From NCBI GenBank assembly GCA_027488815.1, contig JAIYAX010000006.1, positions 271,332 to 335,331 of the forward strand: DNA of 64,000 bases. The letters run 5' to 3'. This document shows, in pieces, positions 1-9,099 of the stretch (positions are counted from its first letter, which is position 1; every line of letters starts with the position of its first letter). The position numbers and the translations under genes are program-made. The DNA is from Cytophagaceae bacterium (lineage in GTDB: Bacteria > Bacteroidota > Bacteroidia > Cytophagales > JAIYAX01). Below the pieces are notes generated by a model. The model had not been told where the DNA came from, made no database searches, and saw only the letters and a program-made list of their open reading frames with translations.

Positions 1-1187
1 CCCCTGAATCTAGACAACATGACCCTGTATTGTATCTGATGTGATTTACTTTCAAGGTATTTGAAGAAATCATGCAGCCCAGAAAAATACTGGTTCCCCT
101 CCCATAGCAAATTGACTTGCTCTTCGGTTAGGTCTGAAAAGGGTCTGTGAATGGGGAAATCGAAACGAATTCCGTTTTTAATGAGTTCCTGAGACCATTC
201 CTGCATTTTTTCAGTTCGCCATGGTGCTATGGCTCCTTCATAAACGGAGAGGCTTTTATCCGGAATAACTAAATCAGGGTCTATGCCCAGGACATGTCCA
301 AACCCCTCACAGGTTCGACAGGCACCATAAGGATTGTTAAAGGTGAAAAGGTTTGCTGAAGGTATTTCAAAACGAATTCCATCTCGTTCAAATCGATCAT
401 TGAACTGAAGTGGTTCCTCTTGCTCTATTTGTATCAAACAGTTGCCATTGCCTTCTGAAAAAGCAGTTTGAATAGAGTCAGATAACCTGAACTGTGTGTC
501 TTCATCCTCCAATTTCAGGGTAAGTCGGTCTATGATGACTTCAAAATGATTGATCTTCTTAGCCCGATCCATTAGTTCTTCTATCAGGTGTTGTTCAGCA
601 CCAACACGAACTCGGGTGTATCCCTTCTGCAAAAGTATCTGAAGCTCTTTTTTACCGTCACTTGTATTTACAGGACTCATGATCATTACTTTTTTGCCCT
701 GATATTCAAGCGCAGAAAGTTGATCCATCACACTATCGACTGTGTCTTTTCTGACGACTTCCCCGCTAACAGGCGAATAAGTAAGCCCTATTCTTGCGAA
801 CAGTAATTTGAGGTAATCGTAAATTTCTGTACTCGTGCCAACTGTTGACCTGGGATTGCGGGTGTTCACTCGTTGCTCAATGGCAATAGCCGGCGATACT
901 CCACGTATATAATCCACATCCGGCTTATCCATTCTACCTAAAAATTGTCTGGCGTAGCTGTTTAAACTCTCCACATACATGCGTTGCCCTTCAGCAAACA
1001 AGGTGTCGAATGCAAGAGATGATTTTCCTGAACCTGATAAACCAGTAATTACGATCAGTTTATTTCGGGGAATGAGCACATCAATGTTTTTAAGATTGTT
1101 TGCTCGAGCCCCTTTGATGATGATAAACTCTTTAGGTGTAGCCTTTTCAATCGAAGGCAATGACAATTCTGTAGTAGGATGATGCAT
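1..1187 (-). CDS. uvrA: Excinuclease ABC subunit A, N-terminal part (runs off the window start)
   Basis: Not in the ORF track. Manual translation from ATG at 1187 gives [84 protein letters not shown], the UvrA N-terminus with Walker A. Confidence 0.97.
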   Translation of the reverse strand, partial: MHHPTTELSLPSIEKATPKEFIIIKGARANNLKNIDVLIPRNKLIVITGLSGSGKSSLAFDTLFAEGQRMYVESLNSYARQFLGRMDKPDVDYIRGVSPAIAIEQRVNTRNPRSTVGTSTEIYDYLKLLFARIGLTYSPVSGEVVRKDTVDSVMDQLSALEYQGKKVMIMSPVNTSDGKKELQILLQKGYTRVRVGAEQHLIEELMDRAKKINHFEVIIDRLTLKLEDEDTQFRLSDSIQTAFSEGNGNCLIQIEQEEPLQFNDRFERDGIRFEIPSANLFTFNNPYGACRTCEGFGHVLGIDPDLVIPDKSLSVYEGAIAPWRTEKMQEWSQELIKNGIRFDFPIHRPFSDLTEEQVNLLWEGNQYFSGLHDFFKYLESKSHQIQYRVMLSRFR

Positions 1188-1194
1188 GGATACC

Positions 1195-1202
1195 CAAAAT
1201 TA
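1195..1202 (-). promoter_or_regulatory. Bacteroidota -7 promoter element TAATTTTG upstream of uvrA
   Basis: Exact match to TAnnTTTG, 7 nt before the ATG. Confidence 0.5.
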
Positions 1203-1364
1203 CCAAAAACCTGATCTGGTCGCTTTTTAAAAGGGTTAAATGGCTCAGACTATTGCCTGTGAAAAAAAAAGTTTACAATTTTGTCATTCAACGTATTTAA
1301 AACACGAACCTCAAACACCCTACACAATATCGGATAGACTTCTACGTTACCAAATTCAGACAAC

Positions 1365-1967
1365 ATGATCAATGCAGTTTTATGTGATGCCACGCTGGTT
1401 TCACAATATAAACTAGGTAACGATGAAGCTTTTGAGGTTTTACTACAACGATACAAATCCAAAGTTTTTAGTACCATTTACCTCATTGTTAAAGACAGGT
1501 ATATGGCTGAAGACCTCATGCAAGACACATTTGTCAAATGTGTGGATACCATCAGATCCGGCAAATACAATGAAGAAGGAAAATTTGCTCCCTGGATCAT
1601 GAGAATAGCCCATAACCTGGCGATCGATGCTTTTCGTAAGCAAAAGCGCAATCCAACCATACGGATGGAAGATGGTCAGGAAGCATTCTCCCAGTTTCAG
1701 TTTGCTGAAAAAGGGGTAGATGAGCACCTTTCATTTATTGAAAAAGAAAAGCAGGTAAGAGCTTTCGTAAAACAATTGCCTGAAACTCAACGTGAGGTGT
1801 TAATACTTAGGATTTATGGTGACTTGAGTTTTCAAGAAATCGCAGATCTAACTGGTGTAAGCATCAATACTGCCTTGGGCAGAATGCGTTATGCCCTCAT
1901 CAACCTGAGGAAGATGATGGAAAAGAGACAAACAATAGCCTATGATAAAAACTTTTACTCCCAATGA
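1365..1967 (+). CDS. ECF-type (sigma-70 family) RNA polymerase sigma factor
   Basis: 200 aa. Region 2 (AEDLMQDTF...FAPWIMRIAHNLAIDAFRK) and region 4 HTH (LPETQREVLILR...LSFQEIADLTGVSINTALGRMRYA). Confidence 0.95.
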   Translation: MINAVLCDATLVSQYKLGNDEAFEVLLQRYKSKVFSTIYLIVKDRYMAEDLMQDTFVKCVDTIRSGKYNEEGKFAPWIMRIAHNLAIDAFRKQKRNPTIRMEDGQEAFSQFQFAEKGVDEHLSFIEKEKQVRAFVKQLPETQREVLILRIYGDLSFQEIADLTGVSINTALGRMRYALINLRKMMEKRQTIAYDKNFYSQ

Positions 1968-2169
1968 TGTGCTTCTGTATATTTCCAAGGAGCTGCCCCC
2001 TGCAGAGTTAATCGAATTTGAAGAGCAACTATCTTCTGATCAGGAGCTGATGGGCTTTTACATTCAATGTGTTACTGCCTTTGGTCTTCTCAAAAGAGCA
2101 GTTGTAGAGCCTTCTGAAAAGTCGACTAACTTCATATTGAATTACGCAAAACGTCCAATCTGTAGGTAG
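1942..2169 (+). CDS. Small soluble protein resembling a stand-alone anti-sigma domain
   Basis: 75 aa, overlaps the sigma stop. Pattern (LLYISKELPPAELIEFEEQLSSDQEL) resembles the N-terminal helices of Bacteroidota anti-sigma factors. No TM helix. Confidence 0.65.
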   Translation: MIKTFTPNDVLLYISKELPPAELIEFEEQLSSDQELMGFYIQCVTAFGLLKRAVVEPSEKSTNFILNYAKRPICR

Positions 2170-2216
2170 TAAGACGAGCTTGGTGTTTAAATTGCTGGCA
2201 AGTTTGAACTGGCAAG

Positions 2217-2876
2217 ATGAAGATCAAGGATAGATACCAATGGGTGTTGGGGTATTTCTCCACCCATTTTCCTAAAGCTGAAACGGAGTTATATTACAGC
2301 AACCCGTTTGAACTTTTGGTTGCAGTGATCCTAAGTGCCCAATGCACCGATAAACGAGTCAACCTCATTACTCCTCCCCTTTTCAAAGCTTTTCCCGATG
2401 CACAATCAATGTCATCTGCTGACTTTGATCTGCTTTTTCCATTTATTCGTTCTATTTCTTATCCCAACAATAAAACCAAACATCTGATCGGCATGAGCCA
2501 GATGCTACTTACTCAATTTGGAGGCGAGGTTCCGGGAACTCTTGAAGAATTGCAGCAGTTGCCTGGAGTTGGTCGTAAAACAGCTAATGTAATTCTCAGT
2601 GTCATCTACAATCAGCCTACGATGGCTGTAGACACCCATGTTTATAGGGTTTCGAGGCGAATAGGTCTTGCCGCTGCGGCAGATCGAACCCCATTAGCAG
2701 TTGAAAAAAAGCTGATGAGGTACATTCCAAAAGAGCTTGTGCCTTTGGCTCATCATTGGCTCATTCTGCACGGAAGATATGTTTGCCTTGCTCGGCGCCC
2801 TCAATGTGCCAACTGCGGGCTGCAGCAAGGGTGCAAGTTCTTTGAGGTGAATAATAACAGTTTAGCCAAAGTTTAG
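2217..2876 (+). CDS. nth: Endonuclease III
   Basis: HhH motif LPGVGRKTANV, AVDTHV, and 4Fe-4S motif CLARRPQCANCGLQQGC. Confidence 0.97.
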   Translation: MKIKDRYQWVLGYFSTHFPKAETELYYSNPFELLVAVILSAQCTDKRVNLITPPLFKAFPDAQSMSSADFDLLFPFIRSISYPNNKTKHLIGMSQMLLTQFGGEVPGTLEELQQLPGVGRKTANVILSVIYNQPTMAVDTHVYRVSRRIGLAAAADRTPLAVEKKLMRYIPKELVPLAHHWLILHGRYVCLARRPQCANCGLQQGCKFFEVNNNSLAKV

Positions 2877-2878
2877 CC

Positions 2879-4555
2879 TTGTGCGGTTTTCACTTTATAT
2901 GGTCCCGGGAAGGTTCAATTAATGAAAAAAAAGCAATTGAGGCTGCTCTTGAAAGCCGATATCGGGGACCAGACCATCAGGCTTTTGAGATGGGTAGTAG
3001 CAATATTGGTGATTCCTATTTTTTCCTGGCTAACAGATTGGCCATCACCGGCTCTTTCTCAGCCCGTCAACCGCTGCGATCAGAAGATGGGCGTTACCTA
3101 TTCGCTTTAAATGGAGAAATCTACAATTATCATTCGCTTGGTCATCAACTTGGGCTTAGCTCTTTTGATACTGATTCTGAGGTGGCCTTTAAGTGGCTCA
3201 TGGAGCATTCATACAAAGGGCTCCAGCAATTCGAGGGATTGTTTAGTCTCTTGCTGCTTGATTTAAAGAGCAATACCTGGTTTGCTGCCAAAGACCGATT
3301 TAGCAGCAGGCCTCTTTATTACTCTCCTTATCAAGGTGGCGCTATCGTTTCAAGCACTGTTGATTTTATATTAAAATACCGTGATCAAAAACCACAAATT
3401 TCACCTGTCGGACTGAGGCAATACTATAGGTTTCATTTTACAGCCTCACCACATACCTTATGGAAAGAGGTATTGAGTCTTGGCACGGGAGAAATACTAC
3501 GCTCTCCATTAACGGTTCAATCATGGGAGGAGCCAAATCAAGAACCAAACCTAGGTTCAACAAATCTTTCGATAAATGTCTTGTTGAACAATGCCATCAG
3601 GAAACAACGTTATACCCCATCGGCTCTTTTATTGAGCGGTGGGATTGACTCAGGTCTCTTGCTTCGTTCATTTGAAGAAACCGAATCAGTACTTCCTCAT
3701 TTGTATCATGTAAACACCGGAAATAATGATGAGTGGGAAAAAGCCAGTTACTTAGCAAAGAAGCTTAAAGTGCCCCTGCACCAAATTCATGTAAAAGATC
3801 AAAGTACTCCGGACACGTTTGAAAGGTTTCTTTCTTCAATTGATTACCCTGTTGGTGATAGTGGTTTCTTTTTAACCTGGCTTGTTTGCAAAGTGATGGA
3901 TCCTACCATCAAAGTGGTTTATAGTGGCGCTGGGGCTGATGAGTTAACGGCAGGCTATCGAAGACATCTTTACTACTACTGGGTATCAAAACTCCCCGAG
4001 ACTCTAAAGCCATTAACTACAATGTTAGGTTTATGGAAAGAGGGCGGTAATTTGTCTTCCACTACCTGGGATTTCAGAGATTTACTTGCCAGAAGCTCAG
4101 TTCCTGCCGAGCTAAATGCTTTTGCCAATGCCCTTGAAACCGATTTCAAAAACTATCTTTCTCATGATGTGCTGATGATGACAGACCAGGCAGCCATGCT
4201 TCAAGGGAAAGAAATACGGCTACCTTTTCTTGATGAAGTTTTTGTAAATGCTCTAATGCCTTTATCACTTGAACAAAAGTTATCAAATGGTCGAAAAGGA
4301 ATATTAAAGGAAGCATGGAAAAAAGCTTACCCTGACATTCCAGTCTTAGGAAGAAAAGTTGGTTTCGGAATTGCCAAAGGAGATTTTCTTGAAAGCTGCC
4401 TGGGTGAAAGTTATGGTCAATGGGCAACTCAACATCAAGCTCTTTTTAAAGACATCGAAAAATCAGCCGGAATCGGACCTTATCGGATTTATAGAAAAAC
4501 TCTGCACCAATGGGCGATGGTTATTCTTGCCGGCTATTTGAAACGGTACCTTTGA
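2879..4555 (+). CDS. Asparagine synthase-like glutamine amidotransferase (AsnB family)
   Basis: TTG start giving MCG (N-terminal nucleophile Cys), RYRGPD, NGEIYNY, LSGGIDS, SGAGADEL..GY, E.RLPFLD. The real substrate is probably not Asp. Confidence 0.85.
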   Translation: MCGFHFIWSREGSINEKKAIEAALESRYRGPDHQAFEMGSSNIGDSYFFLANRLAITGSFSARQPLRSEDGRYLFALNGEIYNYHSLGHQLGLSSFDTDSEVAFKWLMEHSYKGLQQFEGLFSLLLLDLKSNTWFAAKDRFSSRPLYYSPYQGGAIVSSTVDFILKYRDQKPQISPVGLRQYYRFHFTASPHTLWKEVLSLGTGEILRSPLTVQSWEEPNQEPNLGSTNLSINVLLNNAIRKQRYTPSALLLSGGIDSGLLLRSFEETESVLPHLYHVNTGNNDEWEKASYLAKKLKVPLHQIHVKDQSTPDTFERFLSSIDYPVGDSGFFLTWLVCKVMDPTIKVVYSGAGADELTAGYRRHLYYYWVSKLPETLKPLTTMLGLWKEGGNLSSTTWDFRDLLARSSVPAELNAFANALETDFKNYLSHDVLMMTDQAAMLQGKEIRLPFLDEVFVNALMPLSLEQKLSNGRKGILKEAWKKAYPDIPVLGRKVGFGIAKGDFLESCLGESYGQWATQHQALFKDIEKSAGIGPYRIYRKTLHQWAMVILAGYLKRYL

Positions 4556-4561
4556 GCCCTT

Positions 4562-5704
4562 GTGAATATCGTTTACATTCATCAATACTATCGATTTGGC
4601 CCTGATGGGGGCCCTGTTCGCTCTTGGTACATCAGCCAGGCTTTGGCCCAGGCCGGTCATCAAGTGACCATACTGGGTAGCCATAAGGGTAAACAAATAC
4701 TAGAACGGACTGATGGATTGGTTAGAGTAGTGTTATTTCCGGTGGCTTATAGCAATTCGTTTGGGTTCATTCAAAGATTGTTTAGCTGGATTAAGTTTGT
4801 TTGGTATTGCAGACGATGGCTAAAAACCAAGGTGTTTGAATTGGCCTATTTGAGTTCTACTCCTCTAACTGTAGCCTGGCTTTCATTCTTTTTTAAAAAA
4901 AGAGGCATTCCTTACTGTTTTGAGGTCAGAGATTTATGGCCGGAAATACCTGTTTGGATGGGGATAGTTCCTAGGGTTGTAGGCAGGATGATTTCCTACT
5001 TCATGAGCTCTGTCTATTCTGATGCCTTTAGTGTCATATGTTTAGCAAAACCAGTCAAAGAATACCTTTCAAAGCATTACCGACTTTCAGAGGAGCCTTT
5101 GTTGATTTCAAATTTCTCTGATACTGATTTTTATAGGCAAAGCCGAAAGGACAATGACAAACAACTTCAGCTGGTATACACAGGTGCTTTAGGAGACTCA
5201 GCCGGGATCTATGAGTTGGAGATGCTAAAGGATTTGATTAAAAAAGAGGACTTAAATATGCACTTGCATATCGCTGGGGAGGGAAAATGGCAAGAGACGT
5301 TTAGTCAAAATGAAGATGAACATCACTTCAGCTATCATGGGTTTTTGAATCGGGAAGAAATTAAAGCCTTATTGAATACTTGTCATCTAGGACTTGTGCT
5401 TTTTAAGCAAAGCGAAGTATTCAACTTTAACTCTCCCAATAAGTACTTTGATTATTTGGCTGCAGGGCTACCTATTGCATCCAACTTGAAAAATTCATGG
5501 TTTTTAAAAGAAGCGGAGAGCCATTCCTGTGGATTTCATCTTGATTTTCAGAACCATGACAAACTTCTAGGTCAATTGAAGTTGATCCGGGAAAGCCTGA
5601 TTAGCAGAGAGAGAAGTATGCATGCACTTGAGTTGTCCAAACAATATCAGCCCGAAAAACAGCTCAGGCCTCTAATCGAAAAACTGGCTAAGGTTTATAC
5701 TTAG
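4562..5704 (+). CDS. Glycosyltransferase family 4 (GT-B)
   Basis: IVYIHQYY start, FEVRDLWPE, and SPNKYFDYLAAGLPI donor-binding motif. Confidence 0.9.
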   Translation: MNIVYIHQYYRFGPDGGPVRSWYISQALAQAGHQVTILGSHKGKQILERTDGLVRVVLFPVAYSNSFGFIQRLFSWIKFVWYCRRWLKTKVFELAYLSSTPLTVAWLSFFFKKRGIPYCFEVRDLWPEIPVWMGIVPRVVGRMISYFMSSVYSDAFSVICLAKPVKEYLSKHYRLSEEPLLISNFSDTDFYRQSRKDNDKQLQLVYTGALGDSAGIYELEMLKDLIKKEDLNMHLHIAGEGKWQETFSQNEDEHHFSYHGFLNREEIKALLNTCHLGLVLFKQSEVFNFNSPNKYFDYLAAGLPIASNLKNSWFLKEAESHSCGFHLDFQNHDKLLGQLKLIRESLISRERSMHALELSKQYQPEKQLRPLIEKLAKVYT

Positions 5705-6668
5705 ACTCCTGAAACATTTGCTTGGCATCAGGCATGGCCATGATCTGTGAAAGGCTCATTTCTGGATGTTTCTTTGCATAGTTCTTTACCATCTGCAGGC
5801 CAAACCATCTTCCGATTCGTCCTGGGCATTCAGGGCCGATTTCAGCGATATAAGGTCGCTCCCCGACATACTTGTTCACAATTCGATGCTCTGAGTTGAA
5901 AAGGTGCTCCTTTTCAAGTATATAACTCCAGGCGGTGCTTTTGATCCTCTCTATTTGGGCCAGTTCTTCGGTAGAATAACCGAGTAGGGTAGTATCTGCC
6001 ACACAGGGAAGCACTTTTTGTAAAAAGTAATAGGCCTTACCATAGTAAATCATTTCAGCCAACAAGCTCTGATCCAGTTCGTTTATCTCGTTATACTCGC
6101 TTGAAATCAACAAACCGGTAATTGCCGCAATACTCTGAGGATAGTATCGGTCCATCATATATTGAGGTATGTCGGGTTTGTAGGTGGTATTTTGAGTGGC
6201 GAAATAGTCGAGACTAATGACCAACAAGGAGTCATCATAAAACAGGTCTGTGTTAAACCCGGTAATAACTGTTCCAACTTTCGGAATGAAAAAATTCGGA
6301 AAGTAATACTTGGTATAAGCAAACAGCATCTCCAAGTCATTTACCCAAGCTGATTGACTTTCAAACAATTTGTTGGTCTGAAACCTCAGAGAGTCCAGAT
6401 AGGGGTCATCCTTAATGCCTAACATCTGTCTATAGAGAACTTGTTGGTCAGCATATCCATATTGCTGCAAAAACTTGTCAGCAAATAGCTTTTCTTTATC
6501 CAGCCATTGAATTACATCGCTGCTGTCCTGAAGCTTTAGTATCTCAGAATCGAAATTTTGAACGTCAATGTCCTTTCTCAGGTTCTCTGCCTCAGGCAAG
6601 GTTTTACACTTCTGATCGCAAGAAATCAGGATGACAAATAGCGTTGATAAAAGTAATGGTGTTCTCAT
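5688..6668 (-). CDS. gldB: Gliding motility lipoprotein GldB
   Basis: Lipobox ISC. Motifs LVISLDYF, MIYYGK..Y, ECPGRIGRWFGLQMVK.Y. Confidence 0.88.
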   Translation of the reverse strand: MRTPLLLSTLFVILISCDQKCKTLPEAENLRKDIDVQNFDSEILKLQDSSDVIQWLDKEKLFADKFLQQYGYADQQVLYRQMLGIKDDPYLDSLRFQTNKLFESQSAWVNDLEMLFAYTKYYFPNFFIPKVGTVITGFNTDLFYDDSLLVISLDYFATQNTTYKPDIPQYMMDRYYPQSIAAITGLLISSEYNEINELDQSLLAEMIYYGKAYYFLQKVLPCVADTTLLGYSTEELAQIERIKSTAWSYILEKEHLFNSEHRIVNKYVGERPYIAEIGPECPGRIGRWFGLQMVKNYAKKHPEMSLSQIMAMPDAKQMFQESKYKP

Positions 6669-6711
6669 TTTTGTACTTTCGTGGTAAAATTACCTTAATC
6701 CGTATCCAATT

Positions 6712-7341
6712 ATGAAAAAGTTTTTCTCAGTACTCCTATTCTTCTTGGTGCTCAACACCGTTTCAGCACAGGTTAAAATTGGCCTTAGGGTTGCTCCTCA
6801 TGTCAGCATTACTTCGGTTTCAGTAGATGGTAATAACCCTAGTGGTGTTTCAGCAGGTGATGCAGGGCTTAGGTATTCTATAGGCCCTATAGTTGACGCT
6901 TTTTTTAGTGACAATTATGCCTTTTCAAGCGGTGTTTGGTTCACGACAAGAGTGATGAGTACCAAGTCTCAAACACCCACAGGTAAAGTTGAGTCGAAAG
7001 TAAATGCGCAATATGTGCAAATACCAGTTTCGATTAAGTTGTTTACGAATGAAATCAGCGATGATCTGAAACTGTATTTTCAATTGGGCTCCACACTTGA
7101 CCTTTTGATTGATCAAAAGCTGGTAGACGCTCTGCCAGGACAGACTGCAGATTTGCGGAGTTTTAATGTAGGATTACTAGTAGGAGCGGGGGTAGAATAC
7201 CAAATGGGGACCAATACCTCATTATTTGGTGGTTTTACCTACAACAGAGGCTTAATCAATACTATAGGTGATAGTAAAATAAGAGAATCGATACAGGTTA
7301 ATTCAAGCCAGATTGGTTTAGAAATCGGTATCAAGTTTTAA
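6712..7341 (+). CDS. Outer-membrane beta-barrel protein (porin/PorT-like family)
   Basis: Signal peptide, alternating beta-strands, YVQIPVSIK, C-terminal GLEIGIKF. Confidence 0.8.
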   Translation: MKKFFSVLLFFLVLNTVSAQVKIGLRVAPHVSITSVSVDGNNPSGVSAGDAGLRYSIGPIVDAFFSDNYAFSSGVWFTTRVMSTKSQTPTGKVESKVNAQYVQIPVSIKLFTNEISDDLKLYFQLGSTLDLLIDQKLVDALPGQTADLRSFNVGLLVGAGVEYQMGTNTSLFGGFTYNRGLINTIGDSKIRESIQVNSSQIGLEIGIKF

Positions 7342-7344
7342 AGT

Positions 7345-7374
7345 AAAAAGGGGGCATTCAACCCCCTTTTTTTT
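7345..7374. terminator. Bidirectional intrinsic terminator between the convergent porin and rne genes
   Basis: AAAAAGGGGG-cattcaa-CCCCCTTTTT(TTT). Confidence 0.85.
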
Positions 7375-8929
7375 AATTCTGATCTACTCGGATTTGCTCA
7401 TCGTTCTTGTTCATAAAGACGAAGTCGGTAATTCCCAAGGAGCTGTCTTTTACAATCTTAATCCACCTCTTATACTTCAGATACCATTTCCATTGCTTTG
7501 ACAAAATGCCTTTGGTGTAGTAGGCATACAAAAATGGATGCAGGTTCAACGTAAGTGAAGGCTCGTTTTGTTTTGTGATGAGATAATCTAAAGTAGCTTC
7601 AATAGAGTCGGTCACCAGAATGGTCGCTGAGATTTTACCAGTCCCATTACAAGTTGGGCAAGTCTCAAGGGTGACTATATTCATCTCCGGCCTCACCCTC
7701 TGCCGGGTAATTTGCATTATGCCAAATTTAGACAATGGCAGTACAGTAAACTTAGACCGGTCGTCAACCATTTCCTGCTTCATTCGCTCATAGACCTGCT
7801 GCTTATGCTCTACTTTACGCATGTCAATGAAATCCACAACAATGATACCACCTAAGTCTCTCAGCCTCAGCTGTCTGGCGATCTCCTTAACCGCCTCAAG
7901 GTTTACATTGAGGGCAGTAATCTCCTGGTCCGTCGAGGCATTGGATTTGTTCCCCGAATTGACATCCACTACATGAAGTGCCTCGGTATGCTCGATAATC
8001 AGATAACCACCGCTGGGTAAACTAACCGTTCTTCCAAACAAAGACTTGAGTTGTTTTTCAATTCCTTGCTGTTCAAAAACCTTGTTTTTCCCACTATGCA
8101 GTTTGAGGATACGCTCCTTTTCCGGAGCGATCTGCTTGATGTAAGCCCTCGTTTCTTCAAAAACCTCTTTGGTATCAACCAAAATACTGTCGAAACTCTC
8201 GTTGAGCATATCCCTGAGGATAGAGGAGCTTCGGCCCATTTCTCCGATTATCCTATCCTTAGGCTGAGCAGACTTGAGTAGCTCCATGCCCTGGTTCCAT
8301 TTTGCCAGCAGGTTTTGTAAGTCTCTGTCAAGCTCTGCCACTTCTTTACCTTCGGCAACAGTTCGGATAATAACTCCAAAGTTGTTCGGCTTTATGGAAC
8401 TGAGTAAGCGTAACAAACGCTGACGTTCCTCTCGGCTTACGATCTTTTTGGAAACATTGACTGTGTTCGAAAAGGGAACCAGCACAATATACCTTCCTGC
8501 TAATGATAGTTCACAAGAAAGTCTGGGGCCTTTGGTTGAGATAGGTTCCTTAACGACCTGCACCAGAATAGGCATCGACCTGTTGACCAACTGGGTTATT
8601 TTACCTGACTTTTCAATATCAGGCTCTGGCTTAAACTGGTCTAGAGGCTGCGCATTCTTACCTGACCTGTATTGGTCAGTAAATTTTAGAAGTGACCTTA
8701 CCTGTGGACCCAGATCGAGATAGTGCAAAAAGGCATCTTTCTCATATCCGATATCAACAAAAGCGGCGTTTAATCCATTAGCCACCTTTTTGACAGTTCC
8801 TAGGTAAATATCTCCAACGGTGAAATTGTTATCCCGTTGCTCTACATGATATTCTAACAGCCTTTTGTTCTGCAACAAGGCTATTCGGTCACCTTTGGTA
8901 GTAGAGTTAATGATTAGCTCCTTACTCAC
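7373..8929 (-). CDS. rng: Ribonuclease E/G family
   Basis: S1 domain (GDIYLGTV...NAAFVDIG), KEPISTKGPR, DVNSG, IIVVDFIDM, Zn-link CPTCNGTG. Confidence 0.93.
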   Translation of the reverse strand: MSKELIINSTTKGDRIALLQNKRLLEYHVEQRDNNFTVGDIYLGTVKKVANGLNAAFVDIGYEKDAFLHYLDLGPQVRSLLKFTDQYRSGKNAQPLDQFKPEPDIEKSGKITQLVNRSMPILVQVVKEPISTKGPRLSCELSLAGRYIVLVPFSNTVNVSKKIVSREERQRLLRLLSSIKPNNFGVIIRTVAEGKEVAELDRDLQNLLAKWNQGMELLKSAQPKDRIIGEMGRSSSILRDMLNESFDSILVDTKEVFEETRAYIKQIAPEKERILKLHSGKNKVFEQQGIEKQLKSLFGRTVSLPSGGYLIIEHTEALHVVDVNSGNKSNASTDQEITALNVNLEAVKEIARQLRLRDLGGIIVVDFIDMRKVEHKQQVYERMKQEMVDDRSKFTVLPLSKFGIMQITRQRVRPEMNIVTLETCPTCNGTGKISATILVTDSIEATLDYLITKQNEPSLTLNLHPFLYAYYTKGILSKQWKWYLKYKRWIKIVKDSSLGITDFVFMNKNDEQIRVDQN

Positions 8930-8950
8930 GGTGAAAGAATTTAAAGGTTA

Positions 8951-8976
8951 GAAAAAAAGAATTGCCTTAACGGCAA
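8951..8976 (-). terminator. Intrinsic terminator after the bS22 gene
   Basis: Minus strand TTGCC-gttaa-GGCAA followed by TTCTTTTTTT. Confidence 0.6.
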
Positions 8977-8989
8977 CAAGAAGAAACGA

Positions 8990-9079
8990 TTACTTCTTCT
9001 TATGTCTGTTCTTTCTAAGACGCTTTTTTCTTTTGTGAGTAGCGATTTTGTGTCTTTTTCTTTTTTTTCCGCAAGGCAT
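8990..9079 (-). CDS. 29-aa small ribosomal protein bS22 (mS38/AURKAIP1/COX24-like)
   Basis: Below the ORF-track cutoff. Translates to MPCGKKRKRHKIATHKRKKRLRKNRHKKK*, the conserved basic Bacteroidota peptide. Confidence 0.9.
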   Translation of the reverse strand: MPCGKKRKRHKIATHKRKKRLRKNRHKKK

Positions 9080-9099
9080 AATTTCTGCGATTTAGATTT

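Noticed and set aside
588-1182. Short plus-strand ORFs (588-806, 979-1182)
   Set aside because: Antisense to uvrA. The same reasoning applies to the many other 60-125-aa ORFs nested in real genes.
1262-1270. Poly-A tract upstream of the ECF sigma as a phase-variation site
   Set aside because: An A9 run is common in AT-rich Bacteroidota promoters, and a single sequence gives no evidence of length variation.
1188-1364. SOS-type operator upstream of repair genes
   Set aside because: By-eye search upstream of uvrA, mutY, comF, mfd and recF found no GGA-N5-TCC (the Bacteroidota motif as I recall it) or other shared palindrome.
5688-6668. gldB without an adjacent gldC
   Set aside because: From recall, gldC has a restricted distribution in the phylum, so its absence is unremarkable.
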